Position numbers and translations under genes: made by a program. The notes under the pieces are model-generated. The model made no database searches and was not told where the DNA came from. It worked only from the letters and a program-made list of their open reading frames with translations. From positions 7,931 to 71,930 of the forward strand of contig JANYGC010000120.1 in assembly GCA_025359425.1 (NCBI GenBank): a stretch of 64,000 nt of DNA. The letters run 5' to 3'. The stretch comes from Sphingomonadaceae bacterium. GTDB taxonomy: Bacteria; Pseudomonadota; Alphaproteobacteria; Sphingomonadales; Sphingomonadaceae. Positions 62,457 through 64,000 of this stretch are shown here, in pieces (positions within the stretch are counted from its first letter, which is position 1; each line of letters begins with the position of its first letter).

Positions 62457-63253
62457 TGCTTGGCCCCCCGCGCCTTCTCCCGCCGTCCGCGCTGCACGAT
62501 GTTAAGCGACTCGACCATGCCTGCAAACGCCATCGCCATGTAGATGTAGCCCTTGGGAATATGCACCCCGAACCCGTCGGCGATCAGCACCACTCCGATC
62601 ATTACCAGGAAGGCCAGCGCCAGCATCACCAGCGTCGGATTTTTCTCGATGAATTTCGCCAGCGGATCGGCGGCGAGCAACATCAGTCCGACGGTGATCA
62701 CCACTGCGGCGATCATGATCGGGACCTCGTCGGTCATCCCCACTGCGGTGAGGATCGAATCGACCGAGAATACTAGGTCGAGCGCGATGATCTGCGCGAT
62801 CGCGGCGGAAAACCCGATCTGGACGATGCCTTTGTCGTGATCGAGCAGTTCGCCGCTGTCCCCCTCGCGGTCGATCGAGTGGTGAATTTCATTGGTCGCC
62901 TTCCACAACAGGAAGACGCCGCCGGCAATCAGGATCAGGTCGCGTCCCGAAAATGCCGTCTCGAACGTGGCCTCGCCGTGCGGGCCCGGCGCGCCGGTGA
63001 TGCCCAGGTCGATCAGCGGGGCCTGCAAGGTGACGATCCAGCCGATCAGCAGCAGCAGCACAATTCGCAAAGACAGCGCCATAAACAGCCCGATCCGCCG
63101 CGCGCGCGCTTGCTGCGCGGCGGGGAGCTTGCTCGAGATAATGGCGATGAAGACGAGATTGTCGATCCCCAGCACCAGTTCGAGCGCGATCAGGGTGAGC
63201 AACGCGGCCCACGCGGAGGGGTCGATCAGCAGTGCGGCAATGTCCATCGGCAT
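62453..63253 (-). CDS. TerC-family integral membrane protein
   Basis: ATG at 63253 (MPMDIAALL...). Motifs LELVLGIDNLVFIAI and LDLVFSVDSILTAVG (duplicated TerC motif). 266 aa. Confidence 0.85.
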   Translation of the reverse strand: MPMDIAALLIDPSAWAALLTLIALELVLGIDNLVFIAIISSKLPAAQQARARRIGLFMALSLRIVLLLLIGWIVTLQAPLIDLGITGAPGPHGEATFETAFSGRDLILIAGGVFLLWKATNEIHHSIDREGDSGELLDHDKGIVQIGFSAAIAQIIALDLVFSVDSILTAVGMTDEVPIMIAAVVITVGLMLLAADPLAKFIEKNPTLVMLALAFLVMIGVVLIADGFGVHIPKGYIYMAMAFAGMVESLNIVQRGRREKARGAKQ

Positions 63254-63542
63254 GCTCTGCCCAACCGCGCCGAGACTTGCAAGCGCGGGGCAAGCGTGGC
63301 GCAATTTAGCGCAGGAATGAATGACGAAATGCACGGTCTGCGCTGCATTCTTGTTTGCAGAAATGTCACAGTTGCGCCCACTTGCAGGGATGGCGCTGAA
63401 TCCGTTCGCCAATCGACCGCGCTTGGGGTATGTAGAAAGGTGCAGAGGAAGCGGCTTTTGGGCCACAATCCCTGTCGCTCGGTGCGATTCGTCCGCGCAT
63501 TGGGCCGTCTGGATTGGGCGGAACGAAGGTTAGTTCGACTTT

Positions 63543-64000
63543 ATGAGTTTTGATAGAGGGCGTCGCGGACGTGGTCGCGACAAGCGGGACGGTTTCGGCG
63601 AAGAAAGCTTTGATCCGTTTTCGGGCGGTGGCGATCGTGGCGGTTTTTCCGGCGGCGGTGGCGGTGATCGCTATAGCGGCGGCGGCAGTGGCGGCGGCGG
63701 TGGACGCGGCGGCTACAGCGGTGGCGGCGGTGGCGGCGGCGGGTTCAGCGGCGGCGGTGCCCCGCGCGGCGGCGGTGGCGGCGGCTTCGGTGGCGGTGCG
63801 CCCCGCGGTGGCGGTGGCGGCGGTGCAGGCGGGATGCCGGCTCAGGTCGTTGGCGAAGGCACCGGTGTGGTCAAGTTTTTCAACGCGCACAAGGGCTTCG
63901 GCTTCATCCAGCAGGATCAGGGCGGCGAAGACGTGTTTGTGCACATCAGCGCGGTCGAACGCGCCGGGCTCGAAGGCCTGGCTGAAGGCCAGCAAGTCAA
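63543..64000 (+). CDS. Cold-shock-domain protein with a long N-terminal Gly/Arg-rich low-complexity extension. Partial: runs off the window.
   Basis: My own translation, since this ORF is not in the supplied track (it has no stop in the window). ATG at 63543 gives [48 protein letters not shown]..., then the [36 protein letters not shown] (RNP1-like KGFGFI, RNP2-like VFVHI). An alternative start at ATG 63834 would give a canonical short CSP. Confidence 0.6.
   Translation, partial: MSFDRGRRGRGRDKRDGFGEESFDPFSGGGDRGGFSGGGGGDRYSGGGSGGGGGRGGYSGGGGGGGGFSGGGAPRGGGGGGFGGGAPRGGGGGGAGGMPAQVVGEGTGVVKFFNAHKGFGFIQQDQGGEDVFVHISAVERAGLEGLAEGQQV
63621..63833 (+). repeat. Imperfect GGC/GGT trinucleotide-rich tract (codes poly-Gly if translated)
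   Basis: Runs of ggcggcggtggcggc read directly, in frame with the downstream cold-shock domain. Confidence 0.7.

Noticed and set aside
63254-63480. A possible yybP-ykoY (Mn) riboswitch or other leader element upstream of the TerC-family gene.
   Set aside because: Reading the minus-strand leader, I could not find the conserved riboswitch core sequences I remember. This is not supported without an Infernal/Rfam scan.
63621-63833. The GGC/GGT-rich tract considered as a CRISPR-like or non-coding tandem repeat array.
   Set aside because: There is no repeat-spacer periodicity. The tract is an imperfect trinucleotide run in frame with the downstream cold-shock domain. It is treated as low-complexity coding sequence or, alternatively, a 5-prime UTR.
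63366-63995. A 209-aa minus-strand ORF across the Gly-rich/CSD region.
   Set aside because: It is the antisense of a clear cold-shock domain. Its translation is poly-Ala/Thr generated by the complement of GGC repeats.

Overview
High-GC (about 63-66% by eye, not computed) chromosomal segment with alphaproteobacterial, Sphingomonadales-like gene content: MipZ next to panC, tonB-exbB-exbD-exbD, heterotetrameric soxBDAG, and a palindromic repeat unit (GTCATTCC..GAAGGCC..ACCCAG) that I recall as alphaproteobacterial-type. I saw no rRNA, tRNA, CRISPR array, transposase or integrase. The left ~37 kb (109-37100) is an unusually dense supercluster for oxidative N-demethylation of quaternary and methylated amines. 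It holds three DMGDH/SARDH-type FAD+GcvT fusion dehydrogenases, three Rieske/mononuclear-iron oxygenase alpha subunits of the GbcA/BmoA/Stc2/CntA type, and two complete, diverged soxBDAG sets. It also holds an OoxA/OoxB-like flavoprotein pair, a Cys/Met-family PLP gamma-lyase-like enzyme, an omega-aminotransferase, BCCT and MFS transporters, a GMC (BetA-like) oxidoreductase, a small ChrR-type cupin and two LysR regulators. These genes form three tightly translationally coupled operons: 109-6223 (+), 8841-23774 (+) and 36022-26187 (-). The most system-like novelty is the minus-strand eight-gene operon (Rieske, PLP gamma-lyase-like, OoxAB-like, SoxBDAG) with a divergent LysR. I could not match its composition to any described betaine pathway. 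No ferredoxin/FNR-type reductase partner for any of the three Rieske oxygenases is present in the window. Other notable points are listed below.
- A low-GC islet carries a lone SAM methyltransferase (6224-7239).
- A flavoprotein gene inside the 11-gene operon is split by a frameshift (about 21890-21940).
- An orphan AceE-like E1 gene is paired with a divergent Lrp regulator.
- Two copies of a 26-28-bp palindrome bracket a lower-GC DASS-transporter/VOC pair (43828-43853 and 46092-46119).
- A nested ~100-bp REP/MITE-like palindrome lies at 54160-54260.
- A perfect 16-bp palindrome lies at 60690-60705.
- A cold-shock-domain gene at the right edge is preceded in frame by about 97 codons of Gly/Arg-rich sequence.
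The right ~27 kb is mostly housekeeping: panC, mipZ-like, PGM/PMM, Lhr-type helicase, tonB-exbBD, hom, glpX, prs, a TerC operon. All functional calls rest on motifs read from the translations and remembered family signatures. No database search was run.
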